Shown: positions 51,807 through 64,000 of the stretch, in pieces | Layout: each line of letters begins with the position of its first letter | Numbering within the stretch: the stretch's first letter is position 1 | Assembly (NCBI GenBank): GCA_964106645.2 | Contig: OZ067045.1 | Length of the DNA: 64,000 nucleotides | DNA from: Podarcis pityusensis | Taxonomy: Eukaryota | Reading direction: 5' to 3' (one strand) | Position numbers and translations under genes: made by a program | Notes under the pieces: generated by a model | What the model was told of the DNA's origin: nothing | What the model saw: the letters and a program-made list of their open reading frames with translations, nothing else | Databases searched by the model: none

Positions 51807-52162
51807 GGGCCACAGGTGGCACTGTGGGTTAAACCACAGAGCCTAGGACTTGCCAATCAGAAGGTCGGCGGTTCAAATCCCCGCGACGGGGTGAGCTCCC
51901 GTTGCTCGGTCCCTGCTCCTGCCAACCTAGCAGTTCAAAAGCACATCAAAGTGCATGTAGATAAATAGGTACCGCTCTGGCAGGAAGGTAAACAGCATTT
52001 CCGTGCACTGCTCTGGTTCGCCAGAAGTGCCTTAGTCATGCTGGCCACATGACCCGGAAGCTGTACGCCGGCTCCCTCAGCCAATAAAGTGAGATGAGCG
52101 CCGCAACCCCAGAGTCGGTCACAACTGGACCTAATGGTCAGGGGTCCCTTTACCTTTACCTT
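51807..52162 (+). mobile_element. Sauria SINE, full length
   Basis: Closely matches the copy at 2587-2924, with (ACCTTT)n tail. 13-bp TSD taagtggtcactt at 51790-51802 and 52163-52175. Confidence 0.92.
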
Positions 52163-54683
52163 TAAGTGGTCACTTAATTTTCTGAGCATCTGAAAAATGC
52201 TTATGATTCACTGTTCACTGTCAACGCTCCTCTAGAGTAAGATCCCAGGTTCTGGCTGACTTGCATGTGGGATTTAAAAATACCCTTCCAGAGAATGAAC
52301 CAACCATTTGGTTAGGCACAAACATTTCAGAGCGAACAGTCAGTGGGGACATGAACAAACACACTTTCATCTTTCAGAAACTGCTTTTTCAACAAAGTGG
52401 TTAACACACCATGTTTAACTCAAAATATTTTTTCCTCCAAGGATTTTTGTGGCGTTTTGCTCTCTTTTTTTGTCCAAAGCCTTTATTTGGCACCCGCTGC
52501 TTTGGTTTAGTTTCACTTTCCTTGCAGAAATGGCAAACCGCTGTGAATTTCAAATGCAGAGCTTTTTCATGTTTCCAAGGAGAATTTGTCATCTGAATTT
52601 GGGCTAGCTAATGTTATGCAAAAATGCTGAGCTCCTCTTTCAGAATGAGGCGCTTCAGAGTGCAGGGATGCAAAAACCGGCGAAGCGCCTTGGTTGGGCA
52701 GGAGCAAGAAGGAAGAAAGACGTTCTGTTGTGCTGTGGGGAATGAGTGCAGCACAATGGAAAGATCGCACAAACATAGTACAAACTGGGACACAGGGCTG
52801 AATGACCATCCCACTGTAAGGGCAAAGGGGAGCTGAAGCAAGGGCTCAAGCAACAGGATCTGGGCACCTTGCTCCCTGTGCATAGGAGTAACAGAGGAGG
52901 CTGCCTATCAAGTCAGACCTCTGGTCCATCTAGCTCAGGATTGTCCACATTAACTGGCAGCAGCTCTCTAGGCTTTCAGGAAAGGGATGCTCTCAGTCCT
53001 GCCTGGAGATGCTGGGGACTGAACCTGAGATTTCTACATGCAAAGCAGGATTCCTGCACTCAGGTCCTGCTTGCGGGTTTCCCATAGGCACTTAATTGGC
53101 CACTGTGAGAATAGGATGCTGGACTAGGTGGGCCACTGGCCTGATCCAGCAGGCTCTTCTTGTGCTTTTGTTTCTAAATTTGCATGTATGCAAATTAGCC
53201 TACGCAACTTCCAAGCAAATGTGTCCAGTCTTTCTCCCAACCCCAACCCCTTTTTGGCAATGGAGAAGTGACCGTCCAGTGCAGAAGACACAAAGGCCAT
53301 TTAACTTGCAACGTACATACAGTTAAAGAGCAAAACACACTGTCCAGCTCACTTGTAGGAAGAGCCCCACCTTGAAAATTACGTTTTAGCTGAGACTTCT
53401 TTTTCCTTTCAGTACATGCAAACATTGCGGAAAACTTCAAAATCCTCAACAAGGGGAAATAAATATACACACACATGCACACACATCTTTTTCACCAAAA
53501 ATAGAAAGCAAGTTCTGATTCATATTTTTGCTTACTTGGAGAACTCATCCTCTCCTCTGTTGATTTGTTTAATTAATCCACCAGTTAATTAGGCCCCATT
53601 TTTCAAATGATTAATGCTTTGTGAATTTACCATAATGGGTTTGTTAAAGTGGATTTTTCATTAGCACTGGGAAAAGAATTTGAGTGGGGCTAATTTTAAA
53701 TTGAAATATTTTTAATATCTATATCCTCCCCTCAACCCTTTGATGAAAATACTTTTGAAAATTGTTGTTTTTTCATTGCAATGCTCTGCATGAAGTCAGT
53801 CTCTGAATCATTTTTGAAGCTGATAGTAGGCATAGTGTAAGCTATAGTGTCTGAAGCAGTCCTGGTGGGTCACACCAGAAAAACCTCTGCACAAGTGAGC
53901 AAGTTGGAGAAATGACACACTGTAAAAATGAAACACCAGGGGCTCATCCAAACTTCTGCTTTGTCCGCCGCTTTCCTCCGGGGAAACCCACTGTTTACCG
54001 CTGAATCAGAGCAAATGTCAATCGGATTCAACATTTGCTCCAATTTAGCATGAAAGAGTTGGTTTTCTAGTGGAAAGCAGTGGGGCAAAACAGCTTGGAC
54101 TCTTGCCTAGAAAGTGGGAAACTATTCACACCTGTGCTAGGGACGGATGACCACCCTCCGCACATTGCAGCATACCAATTCACCACTGTGATTCCAAGCA
54201 CAGGGTGTCATTGCTAACCACACTGTCAACATCATGTCTCTCTCTTGGCTAGGGGAAAGCTGTGGGCTTAACTACTAGAAAGACTTGGGTAGTTTTCTAC
54301 AACATGGTCCCCCTCCCCCAGCTCCAGTCAACATGGCCAATGGTCAGGGGTGATGGGAGTTGTAGTTCGACAGCATCTGAAGGGCGCCTTCTTGAGTCGG
54401 GCTCAGGGTGGCAGGGGGATACAGCTGGAAATGGGATCAGACATTTTGAGATGGGCAGTTGTGTGCCAAAGTCTTGCAAAGGGAAGAAGAGACAAGAGGA
54501 TGGTGGGAATGAAACAGGCAAACATAATTACATGTTCCTCAAGGTTAGTTCAGGATACCTGAATGTGAGCTGGAAATATGGCTTTCCAACTTGGAATTTT
54601 GCATGGAATTTGCCCAGGCAAGAGGTAATGATGGCCACCAACTTGCATGGCTTTAAAAGAAAATTAGACAAATTTGTGGAAGG

Positions 54684-55163
54684 CTGCTGCCAGTGACTCC
54701 CACGACAGGTTACCAGGAAAGTAAAAGGGCAAGGAAATGTTTCTTACCGTCTGCTTTTTATTCAGAATTTACAGAGAGAGGCTATAGAACCCAGCCTCTT
54801 AGATAATGGCACTGTCCTAAGTGAATCTCCACACACCCCCATCACTTCTGCTTCCTCATTCGTCAATCTCATCACTGCCTCTGTCCTTGAGCTCTTTGCT
54901 CTCCTACTTTCAAAGCTCACCGGGGGTTTGGGGGCAGGTCTGGAAGGCTTTCAAAAGACACTGTGTCCATCAGCTGTCACCCCTCTGGTGCTTCCTCTCC
55001 CTCCTCCTCCTCTCCTATTATTTCCCAACTTTCCCCCTCGTCTGCCTCTGAGCTGTGACCTCCCTCAAACCCTTGTTGTAAATCTAAACTGTCTTCCTCC
55101 TCCCTGGAAGGGTCAAGCTGGGGAGGTGGTCTCCACCATTCGTCCTCTGCCCAGTCCCCAACA
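54684..55163 (-). mobile_element. Probable solo LTR of a second Gypsy family, inserted into an older CR1-related repeat
   Basis: Starts TGTTGGGG on the minus strand, GA-rich U3-like part, AATAAA near 54760. It splits the host repeat (…gacaaatttgtggaagg | ataaagtttgccattggctactagcc…). No clear TSD. Confidence 0.6.
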
Positions 55164-57357
55164 TAAAGTTTGCCATTGGCTACTAGCCAGGATGACTATG
55201 TTCTTCCTCCACTGGCAGAGACAACAGTGCATTTGAATACCAGGAGAGGAGAGCGCTCTTGTGCTCAGGTCCTGCTTACAGGTTTTCCATCTGGCTGGCC
55301 ACTGTGAGAACAGGATACTGGACTAGATGGGCAACTGGCCTGATTCACCATGGCTCTCCTTAAAACCAGCTGCAGAGAATGGCATTATGAGAAGGGAACC
55401 TAAAAAGCACCAAACAGATATTTAAGATTGAGAAACTGGGAAAAATAAGAAGGTATTTGCTAGGTGCTAAAAAGGTCATTATGTAGATGCTGGGTGAGCC
55501 TCCCTGGTGAGAGCATTCCATAGGTGCAGAGTCTCTGAACCCCACGTCACCCCATCTTGACGGCAGAAAGGCAGCCTCCCTGAAGTGCCTGGGATTGGTG
55601 GTAATGATGAAGGCGTGTCCTTAATACTTGAAAGGATGCAAGGAAAAGAATCTTCCTGTAAGAGGTTAAATCCTCTTACTTGTCTGTGCTTTTGTTTTAT
55701 GTCTTTGCAGAGCAGATGTAAAAGAAAGGCTTTCAGTGTCCCTCTGTACTTCAAAGGAATGCATAGCCTGGAGTGCAAGCCATAATGTAGGTCAATGCAT
55801 CTAGAACATGACAAAGGCATCACCTTTGATCACTTGGTGGTGATTTGCTTCTAGTAACAAAATGGGAAGCTGGCTGAAGCAGCAGATGCGAGGAGCAAGT
55901 CCCTGTAGTCTAGAGCTTTTAAAGCTGACTTAAACAGATACAAATGTTAGCAACACAACAGAGATGAATCTGAAGATATGGCGGGGGGTGTTCCCAGGCA
56001 TAGAATGACAATGTACCACTGTGGAAAAACCTATTGCACCACTCTTCATACATTACAGCATACACACATTTTCTATTGATTTAAAGAATATTTGATTGAG
56101 AAGTCCTCTGGCTTTTAATTATCATGCAATGCAAGTTAAATATACTTGCATTTTTGCCCAGCACTGATTAGGGTGCCTCTTGCTGCCATTGCCTTAAGCG
56201 CAACAGGGGGCATAGGAAAAGGTCTCACTGAAGGTCTCATTGCCAGGGACCCCCTCAAATTAGGAGCTGGACCTGCCACATGGAGTGGCAGTAAGGGTCA
56301 ATAGTTCTCACCAGGGTTCTCTCCATGAACTGAGCACATATTATAGAACATGCCCCAGAAGCCTCTGCAATGTGTTGAGGTTGTGTAGCAGATGCTTGGG
56401 AGGTTCCTTGGCAGATGAACCAATGATGAAAGTGGATGTGGAAAAGACATTTGTCTACTCCATTAACATTATCTGTCTATTTGATAAAAAATAGATCAGC
56501 CAAGCCATACAACTGTTGCTGTTCCCATCATGATGCAGATAACCATGGGCCTTGTGATGACCAAGGACGAGACATTTATTTACAGTCATGGGGAGGGGAC
56601 CCTCTCCTTGACCATCTGTGTCTCTTCCAGATGGCAGATGGCTTTGCAATGGCTGTGGTGCTCTTAAATGGTTGGCTTGTTGACCTGTGGAATCATTGGA
56701 GCTTTTTTTTGCTGTGAGTACTTTGATTTTCCCAACTATGATTGAAACAAGCCTAAGGCCCTGTTAGAATTCTTGCCTGTTCCTTCTTTTTCTTGGAAAC
56801 AGGCTGGACAACACTGTAGCTGCCCCAGCATAACCTTATTGCCTCTAATTGTAACTAAGGAGCTTTCCTCACTGTTCAACATTAATCTGGAAACGTACTA
56901 AGAATGTAGCTCCTTCACTAATCCTGGGTGATGACCGGGAGTAAGACAGCTGTCGCCGCTGTGGCCAGTCATCTGCTCTGAAGTTGTTGGGTTTTTTTTT
57001 CTTTAAATGCTGTCACTCTTCCTTGTCTGCAATAACACAGTACAACATGAGAGTACAACAGCCAGTCAGCAAAAGCTGCTCCCAACCCACAATCTCTCTC
57101 TGTAAAACGTATTCATATGCAAGGGCTGGGAATGTTGGCAATCTGCATTGTGGCCTAGCTCAGCCTTCCCTTATGGCTGTGCTGGTTAAGGCTGATGGGA
57201 AATGTAGTCCACAACAGCTGGAAATGGAACAGCAGAGGTAATTAAGGGTTAAGTCTGTTGCCAGTCACTCAACAAGTCAAGTTGGGGTGGGTGGGTGGGT
57301 GGGTGGGTTAGCAGCAACCAGGGCAGGTGGCATGAATTTTATTGAGGTGGCAAATGC

Positions 57358-57782
57358 ACTAGTCTTGAAAGACCTACATTGGCTCCCAGTACGCTTCCAA
57401 GCACAATTCAAAGTGTTGGTGCTGACCTTTAAAGCCCTAAATGACCTCGGTCCAGTATATCTGAAGGAGCGTCTCCACCCTCATCATTCTGCCTGGACTC
57501 TGAGGTCCAGCACCGAGGGCCTTCTGGCAGTTCCCTCACTGCGAGAAGCCAAGTTACAGGGAACCAGACAGAGGGCCTTCTCGGCAATGGCGCCCTCCCT
57601 GTGGAACGCCCTCCCACCAGATGTCAAAGAGAACAACAGCTATCAGACTTTTAGAAGACATCTGAAGGCAGCCCTGTTTAAGGAAGCTTTTAATGTTTGA
57701 TGTATTACAGTATTTTAATATTTTGTTGGAAGCTGCCCAGAGTGGCTGGGGAAGCCCAGACAGATGGGTGGGGTATAAATAA

Positions 57783-57821
<39 letters not shown>
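57358..57821 (+). mobile_element. L2-clade LINE 3' end
   Basis: LHWLPVRFQAQFKVLVLTFKALN...RAFSAMAPSLWNALP (L2 ORF2 C-terminus) followed by an (ATT)n tail. Confidence 0.9.
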
Positions 57822-57822
<1 letters not shown>

Positions 57823-58902
57823 GCTGTTTAACTGTGCTGGAGTTTTCTTGTGGATCTAAACCCAGTGCTTTTTTTCTTAAAAAAATGTTTAGGGGTACTC
57901 TCATTTTCCTACTCATATTGAAATACTGCCCCTCAATGAGGCCAAACAGATTCACAAAATGTTTAGGGATACCACTGTGCCCCCCCCCCGGAAAAACCCC
58001 TCTGAACAAGGCCTGCTGAAAGAAGGCCCAAAAAACTAACAACCCTTCTTTCCTTTCTGCTCATGTTGCATACTTGCATTATCTGTTCACTTTGTGCACT
58101 AAAGTTTTACCAGGGTTTTCTCTCTGCATCCCATATGTATTATTCAAGTCCCCTGCCATGGTGGGGAAGACTTGGCCTAGCTTGTCACTTAAGAGTTGGG
58201 AATCTTCAAGGATGCAAATAGCGGAGGGAACAGAGGAGAATTATTCTGCTGGAGGGCAGCCATGTGTTCTTCTTTACAGATAACCGCTCTTTGTTTGAGG
58301 AGCCCTCTGTGTGGAAGGTTGTCCAGTGCAAGTCCAGTTTAAAGATGGAGAAGCCTAGAGAGACAGGCTTTAAAGTTGCCCATCAGTAGTGAGCACCAGG
58401 ACAGCAGACTGGTCAGGCAAGCACACAGGTGTTCTGCTAAGGGCAGCTGCTCTTTTGGATTAAGAGGTAACAGGCAGGCTTTGGGGTGATGAGTACTAGT
58501 TTTATTCATCACATAGCAAGTATTAGACATAAAATGCACAATAACCCAACACAGAGACTTCTCTAACTAGGCAAGCCAGACTACTGAGTACTTCAACACA
58601 ACTACAATAAAACAGTTTCGAGATTGCTTCATTCTTACATTCCATCAGTTGTTGGAGAACCCCTAGACACAACAGTGAATGACCCACTTTCAGCTGGGGC
58701 TTGTTAATGCATAGCACCATCCTGGTCTATACTGAATTCCCATTGCCAGTGCCTCAAGCTCTCATGTGAGTCACAAGTCAGAGGTCCTAAGACTCCCCCC
58801 ATAAATATCAAGGGGGTGAATGATGAGATGGCATGTGCAGCTGTCTCATGACCCTGCCTCTCACAGTCACAGCACGTGACTTCACCTTGCTAGTGTCTAA
58901 GG

Positions 58903-59014
58903 CAGCATTTCGCAACCTTAGGTCCCCCAAATCCCTGAGCACTGGTCATGCTGGCTAGAAGTGATGGGAATTGTGGTCCAACAACATCTAGGGACTCACG
59001 GTTGAGAAAGGCTG
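58903..59014. mobile_element. Short palindromic hAT MITE (same family as 27434-27569)
   Basis: Similar termini; TSD gtctaagg/gcctaagg (7/8). Confidence 0.8.
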
Positions 59015-60295
59015 GCCTAAGGGATGACCACCTGTCAATCACAGGTCAAGAACTTCAGCAGTGCTGACTTGAGCAGAATATGATCAACTCTTTCAGGACT
59101 CCAGTCTAGAACTTTAGAATATTACACCTGCTAAGCAAATTCTCATGCCAAGTCTACGCCTGGGCACCTTTGAAGGCTTCAAAGGGGGTAACTGCCGAGC
59201 ATCATTCCTAATCTCATGATTGCAATGGTCTTTCAGATATGTCCCAAAACAAAAGGTCACCTGGTCAAAAAAACCTCCCCTGCAATGGGGAGATAGGAAA
59301 AAGCCCTGTACCTCAGGAGTGCAACATTACAGACAAGTGCTGCCTTATAGCAAATAAGACCACTTGTCCATCAAACTCAGTATCACATGCTCTGGTGACC
59401 CTCCCTGGGACCGTATGGTGAAGTTTGGGTAAGAAGTCCAATTAATAAATAGCAGGTCTGAGAAAGGCAGGCATTACACAAATGCAGAATCTCCTACCCA
59501 CTTTTCAGTATGGTGAAATATTAAGAATCAGCAGTACCTGCGGCTACTTGCCTTGATAAAGATTCGGAAACCCTGTTCCATATGACATCCTGACACATGA
59601 TATGACAGAACCTGTCCCTTAGAATTTAGGACTTGACGTAAATCCGGCTACGCAAAGAATAACCTTTTGCTCTTTCTTTGAGAAATTCTTACCTGACAGT
59701 TAAGTTGTGTTGTTTTTTTCCAGTTTGGCACATTGGAACTTAATCTCAAGAACCCAAGACCCTAATATGGCGGATATTCTGAAAAGTTCTAATCATATTA
59801 AGCTTTTTGTAATCCCTGTGTGAAATATTTCAAATGCTTTCCTCTAAAATATGCCCCACATGCTTTAAAACACACGCAAACACCACCTCTACTTCTTTCC
59901 TTAAGGAAGCCGTTCACTTGGTCTCCAGCAAAAATATAACAAGACCTCAAGCAATGCTGTAGTAGTGATTGGAGGTGAACTAGTATCCCACTGTTCACCC
60001 TAAAGGGGTCAAGCTTTTGAAGACACTTTATTCAAACGGTCATAAAAGACACATTTGCAGAAGGCCTGCCTCCTCTGCCTCTGCTGTCTCCAGCTTCTAG
60101 AATGAGGGATGGTTGCACCAGTCTATCTTCTGGGTCCATGTTAGTGATTGATACAAAGATTGTCCAAGCCTGTCTATATTCAGATTTTTTAAAGCGAGCA
60201 ATCAAATCAGTATAAAATTCTCTTTAAAAGATATATTAGGAGAGTACACAAACCTCACCATTCACGATCCAAATCGGGAGCTGATTTGTTCAGGA

Positions 60296-60793
60296 TGTGG
60301 CATTTGACCTCCTACGTATGTGACATCATACTGGGTTCATAAGGAAAGGGTTAACTAATTGTAAAATGACTAACCAATGGGAACCCAAGGGGAGGAGTTA
60401 GGAGTTAGAGTTAGGGTGGTTGAGAAGACAGTTTGGAGTTAGAAGAGACAGAGAGGATAAGACTGTGGGTTGGGCTAGACTGATGTGAGAGAGTGAGAGA
60501 ATCTGTTAAGAGGAGTCAGTCAAACAGTTGAGATAATCAGTCAGAAGGTATTAGGAAGGTATAGGCCAGTAAAGAAACTAAAGTTAAGATACTGACAGGA
60601 ATATTATCTGGGAAACCATAAACTTGTTAATGTTTATAAAATAAACTTGTTTATTTGGTTCAATTTTAACAACTGTCTGGACTCAGTGTTTTACCCAAGA
60701 GTAACGGGTTGGTGGCAGCAGGGAAGAGAGCACAGTGGTGGCACAGGGATCAATAGACCATTAAATGTCCGGGAGCCCTGTGTGATCGCCACA
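60296..60793 (+). mobile_element. Solo LTR (~498 bp)
   Basis: Perfect 6-bp terminal inverted repeat TGTGGC...GCCACA, CCAAT box at ~60374, AATAAA at ~60640, candidate 4-bp TSD agga/ggga. Confidence 0.75.
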
Positions 60794-60869
60794 GGGAGCC
60801 AAGGCGATTGAGATCCAAGGTACGACTGTACTCCTAATTACAGTCAGTGGTGGCATTTGAATATATCAA

Positions 60870-61055
60870 GGGAACGGTCCATAGCTCAGTGGCAGAGAAT
60901 CTGCTTTGCATGCAGAAGGTCCCATTTTCAATCCCTGGAATCTCCAGATAGGCCTGGGAAAAGGTCTCCTGTCTGAAACTCTTGGAAGCCACTTCTGAGA
61001 CAGTACTGAACTAGGTAGACTAGTGGTCTTCCTCAGCAGAAGGCAGTTCCCTATG
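60870..61055 (+). mobile_element. tRNA-derived SINE (Squam3-like)
   Basis: A box tagctcagtgg, same body and tail as 29987-30178. Confidence 0.75.
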
Positions 61056-61965
61056 TTGAAATGTTGTATCTGGCTGGGCAAAAAAAGAAATGAAGAAGAT
61101 TCTGAGGGATCAAGGTCTGTTTCACATATCAGATCATTCCAAAGAGGTACATCTTCATATTCCTCATGGGTACCCATGTCTTAAACATATATCTCTGAAA
61201 TAATTTGCATTGGTTTCAATAATATATGCAGCCAAGTATGGATGTTTATGATTGCAGCCTTAATTAAGATTTTAATTTAGGATCATATCCTATTTTTAAA
61301 TCTCTAGGTGCTGCAAAAATGGCATGCCTATTTTTCATAATAGAGATAAATAACAGGATACCTTCCTGATCTATCTGCCTGGTAGGAAGGCTTGCCACCT
61401 GTTCTTATTTCAAAGATTAGTGCCTTGTTTAGTATTGAAATATAACACCCCTGTTCAAGTGAATATGTTGATTTAATACATATGAAGAATCGTATATTCT
61501 AGCAAAGTACAGTGAATGTCTTGACATGGGTAATAGTTATTTTCTTATGGTCTTACAAATGCATTCCTTATTTTTGGTGTCTTTAGCACTATATGCATGT
61601 TCTGACTAAGTGGAAAGGTTTGGCTAAAAAAGGTGCCTAACAGAAATTCAGAAGAAGCTTTTCCTACCCTGAAGGCGCAGAGATCAATATTTCATGTCTG
61701 TTCTCAGAAGCCCTAGCAGACTCATAGTAGCCACTCTAGACGCCAAGCTGTATCAGAGGGGACTTAAGAAATAGTTTTGTAAATTTGTCACCATGGGTCA
61801 GGGGCCAGGTAGTGATCAGTGCTTCACTGGAGCAGAGGGAAGTACCATGCTGCTCAGACTTAGAAGTACTACATAACTATAGCTTAGTAGTGAATATCTT
61901 GGGGGGGGGGGCAAGACACTTGAGAGGGTGATAGTGACACAGCTTCAGGCATGCTTGGAATAAAC

Positions 61966-62520
61966 TGATTACTTGGATCCACTCCAGTCTGGCTTCAGAC
62001 TGGTCATGACAATGAAACCACCCTGATTGCCATGTTTGATGACCTTTGTCAGGAGAGAGATGTCAGGAATGCAACCCTGCACAGACTCTTCTATCTGTCG
62101 GTGGCTTTCAATAATGTTGACCATAGAGCATCTCAGGGACATTGAGATTGGAGCACTGGACCTCAGTGATTCTGCTCCTATCTCCAGGGCCATTGGCAGA
62201 AAGTAGTTATGGAAGGCCATGATCCACTGCCATGGGGATATCCTGTAGTGTCCCACAGAGTTCTATCTTGTCCCCCATGCTATTTAACATCTCAATGAAG
62301 CCCCTGGGAGCTGTCATCAGGAGATTTGGCATGAGTTGTCATCTATATGAGGATGACAGACACCAAGATTTCTCTCTCTGTTCTACCTGAATCTGGGGAG
62401 GTGTTCAAGAGGTTAGACCAGTGCCTGGAGGCAGTGATGGACTGGATGTGAGTCTGTAAACTGAAACTGAATCCTGAAAAGATAGGGGTGTTATGTGTCT
62501 CAAGTTCTCAAATCCAGAAG
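61966..62520 (+). mobile_element. Degenerate L2-type reverse transcriptase fragment
   Basis: Frameshifted remnants of LDPxQSGFR, AFNxVDH, VPQxSILSPMLFNI and YxDD-like motifs. Confidence 0.75.
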
Positions 62521-63617
62521 GCGGGGTTTCCCTTGGCCCTTGACCTGGAAAAGGTTCCCTAGACCTGGTCTTCACTGACTGGCAGCAGTTGTCCAGGATT
62601 TCAGACAGGGAATCTTTCCCAGCCCTACCTGGTGATGCTGGAGGCTGAGCTACCATCTTCATGCAAAGAAGGTGCTCTACCAGTTTGCCAAGGCCCTTTC
62701 CACAAGGTGTGGCGGAGTTTCCAAACTCCATGTCCAAGATAAGAAAACTGCCTCCCTCTTCACAGAGATGGTTGCTTCTCTGATAAATTCACTGGGTGGA
62801 CTTCTGCAATCCAAGGTCCCCATCAGAGGGATCCAGGGACTAAGTCAAAATAACAATAGTGGAGAATATGAACGCAGACAAAGGGGCAAATGGCACTACA
62901 TTCCTCATTAAGGAAAATGCTCCAGGCTGCCTCTGTGTGGCTCCCCAGCAAGAGTCATTTAATAAGGTTGCCTTGGCAACGTGTTGTAAACTATTCATCA
63001 TGCTGCTGGTCCCCATGATGATCTTTGTTTGCTGAAGCATCATTAGAGGACCATGCGCTCGCACCACTTTCTATGTAGCAAGGGATTAAAAGTATTTAAA
63101 GCCATGGGTCCTTCACATCCCTTCCCCTGAACAGACTCAAATCAAGATATGTGAAAAAAATTGAATGGAGAAACACTGACAAGTATCTCCCTTTGCTTAT
63201 CCCATAAAGGCTTTGGACCAAAGGAGCATCAGAGAAGACTGACAAGCATAGACAGATAATGCTTCTTCTCCCCCCCCCCAGCTTAAAAGAATATCAATCT
63301 ATAATTATCTTGAATGCACACAGTGGAGTTACGAGAGCAAAAAGCGGAAATCAATGGGAAAAGCAGTCTCAGTTTTGTTCAAAGGCTTAAGAAATGTCTT
63401 TGAATGGAGAAGAATGTCTTTAGAAATTGTGTAGAAGACAAAACTAATATGCAACCCTCATGCGTCAGTGTGGTGTGGAGTAGATAGGCAGAACTTAAGA
63501 GCCGTAAAGTCCAGGCTCACTTATAAAGTCCATAGACCTGAGATTGAGAACCTCATCCCTTGGAACTCTCCTCAAGCCACACACTGTCTCAAGTAATACA
63601 CACACAATCTCTCACCC

Positions 63618-63618
63618 A

Positions 63619-63661
<43 letters not shown>

Positions 63662-63767
63662 TGAGAGAGAGCCCTGCATTGCACCTTCCTTCCTTCAGTG
63701 TTTTGGCTTGGTTGGAAAATGACCTTGAACACATAGTGCTTCTTGCTTTCCTTGATGCTTATGTTTG

Positions 63768-63815
<48 letters not shown>
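63618..63815. repeat. Cluster of (CA)n, (GA)n and (CT)n microsatellites
   Basis: Directly visible at about 63618-63671 and 63768-63814. Confidence 0.92.
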
Positions 63816-63816
<1 letters not shown>

Positions 63817-64000
63817 CATACCTCAAAAGGTGGTTTTGAAGGAAAAATAGAGGAGGAGGACTCATGTATGCTGCCCTAGGCTCCATGAAGCCAGCATGGT
63901 TCTCATGGCTAGTTGCGCAACAGGTTGTTGTAGCCCTGATAGTTTCTGTTGTATAACCTATTGCACAACCAGCTTCCACTAGTTGTTGCGCTGGGTTTCA

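Noticed and set aside
52390-52625. Segments that look like conserved non-coding elements (also ~4200-4500, 6830-7130, 8290-8600)
   Set aside because: Conservation cannot be judged without an alignment.
59692-59999. Exon-like minus-strand segment with acceptor and GTAAG donor; nearby ORF 60866-61177
   Set aside because: Frames contain stops or run into a SINE; no recognisable protein.
1-64000. CRISPR arrays, prokaryotic operons, rRNA genes, env gene
   Set aside because: None seen; the sequence is vertebrate repeat-rich DNA and the Gypsy element has no room or signal for env.

Overview
Vertebrate nuclear DNA, most likely a lacertid-type squamate lizard (inferred from Sauria SINEs, Bov-B, Squam3-like SINEs, CR1/L2/L1 fragments and abundant hAT MITEs). 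It is mostly intronic/intergenic, and I could not identify any host protein-coding exon. A CpG-island promoter with a probable minus-strand first exon lies at about 32.8-33.75 kb. The main feature is a 5.35-kb minus-strand Ty3/Gypsy chromovirus of the Tf1/Sushi type (41729-47077, 5-bp TSD GCAGT). It has an intact gag, a PEG10-like GGGAAAC plus pseudoknot -1 frameshift signal, a decayed pol (PR-RT-RH-IN-chromodomain) and an 11-nt self-priming PBS instead of a tRNA PBS. Its most unusual part is the integrase C-terminal tail, which carries two tandem acidic FxGF motifs resembling LEDGF/TFIIS-N-terminal-domain interaction motifs. That tail probably continued in frame through the PPT and U3 of the LTR. 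A second, sequence-dissimilar solo LTR shows the same 'coding U3' layout.
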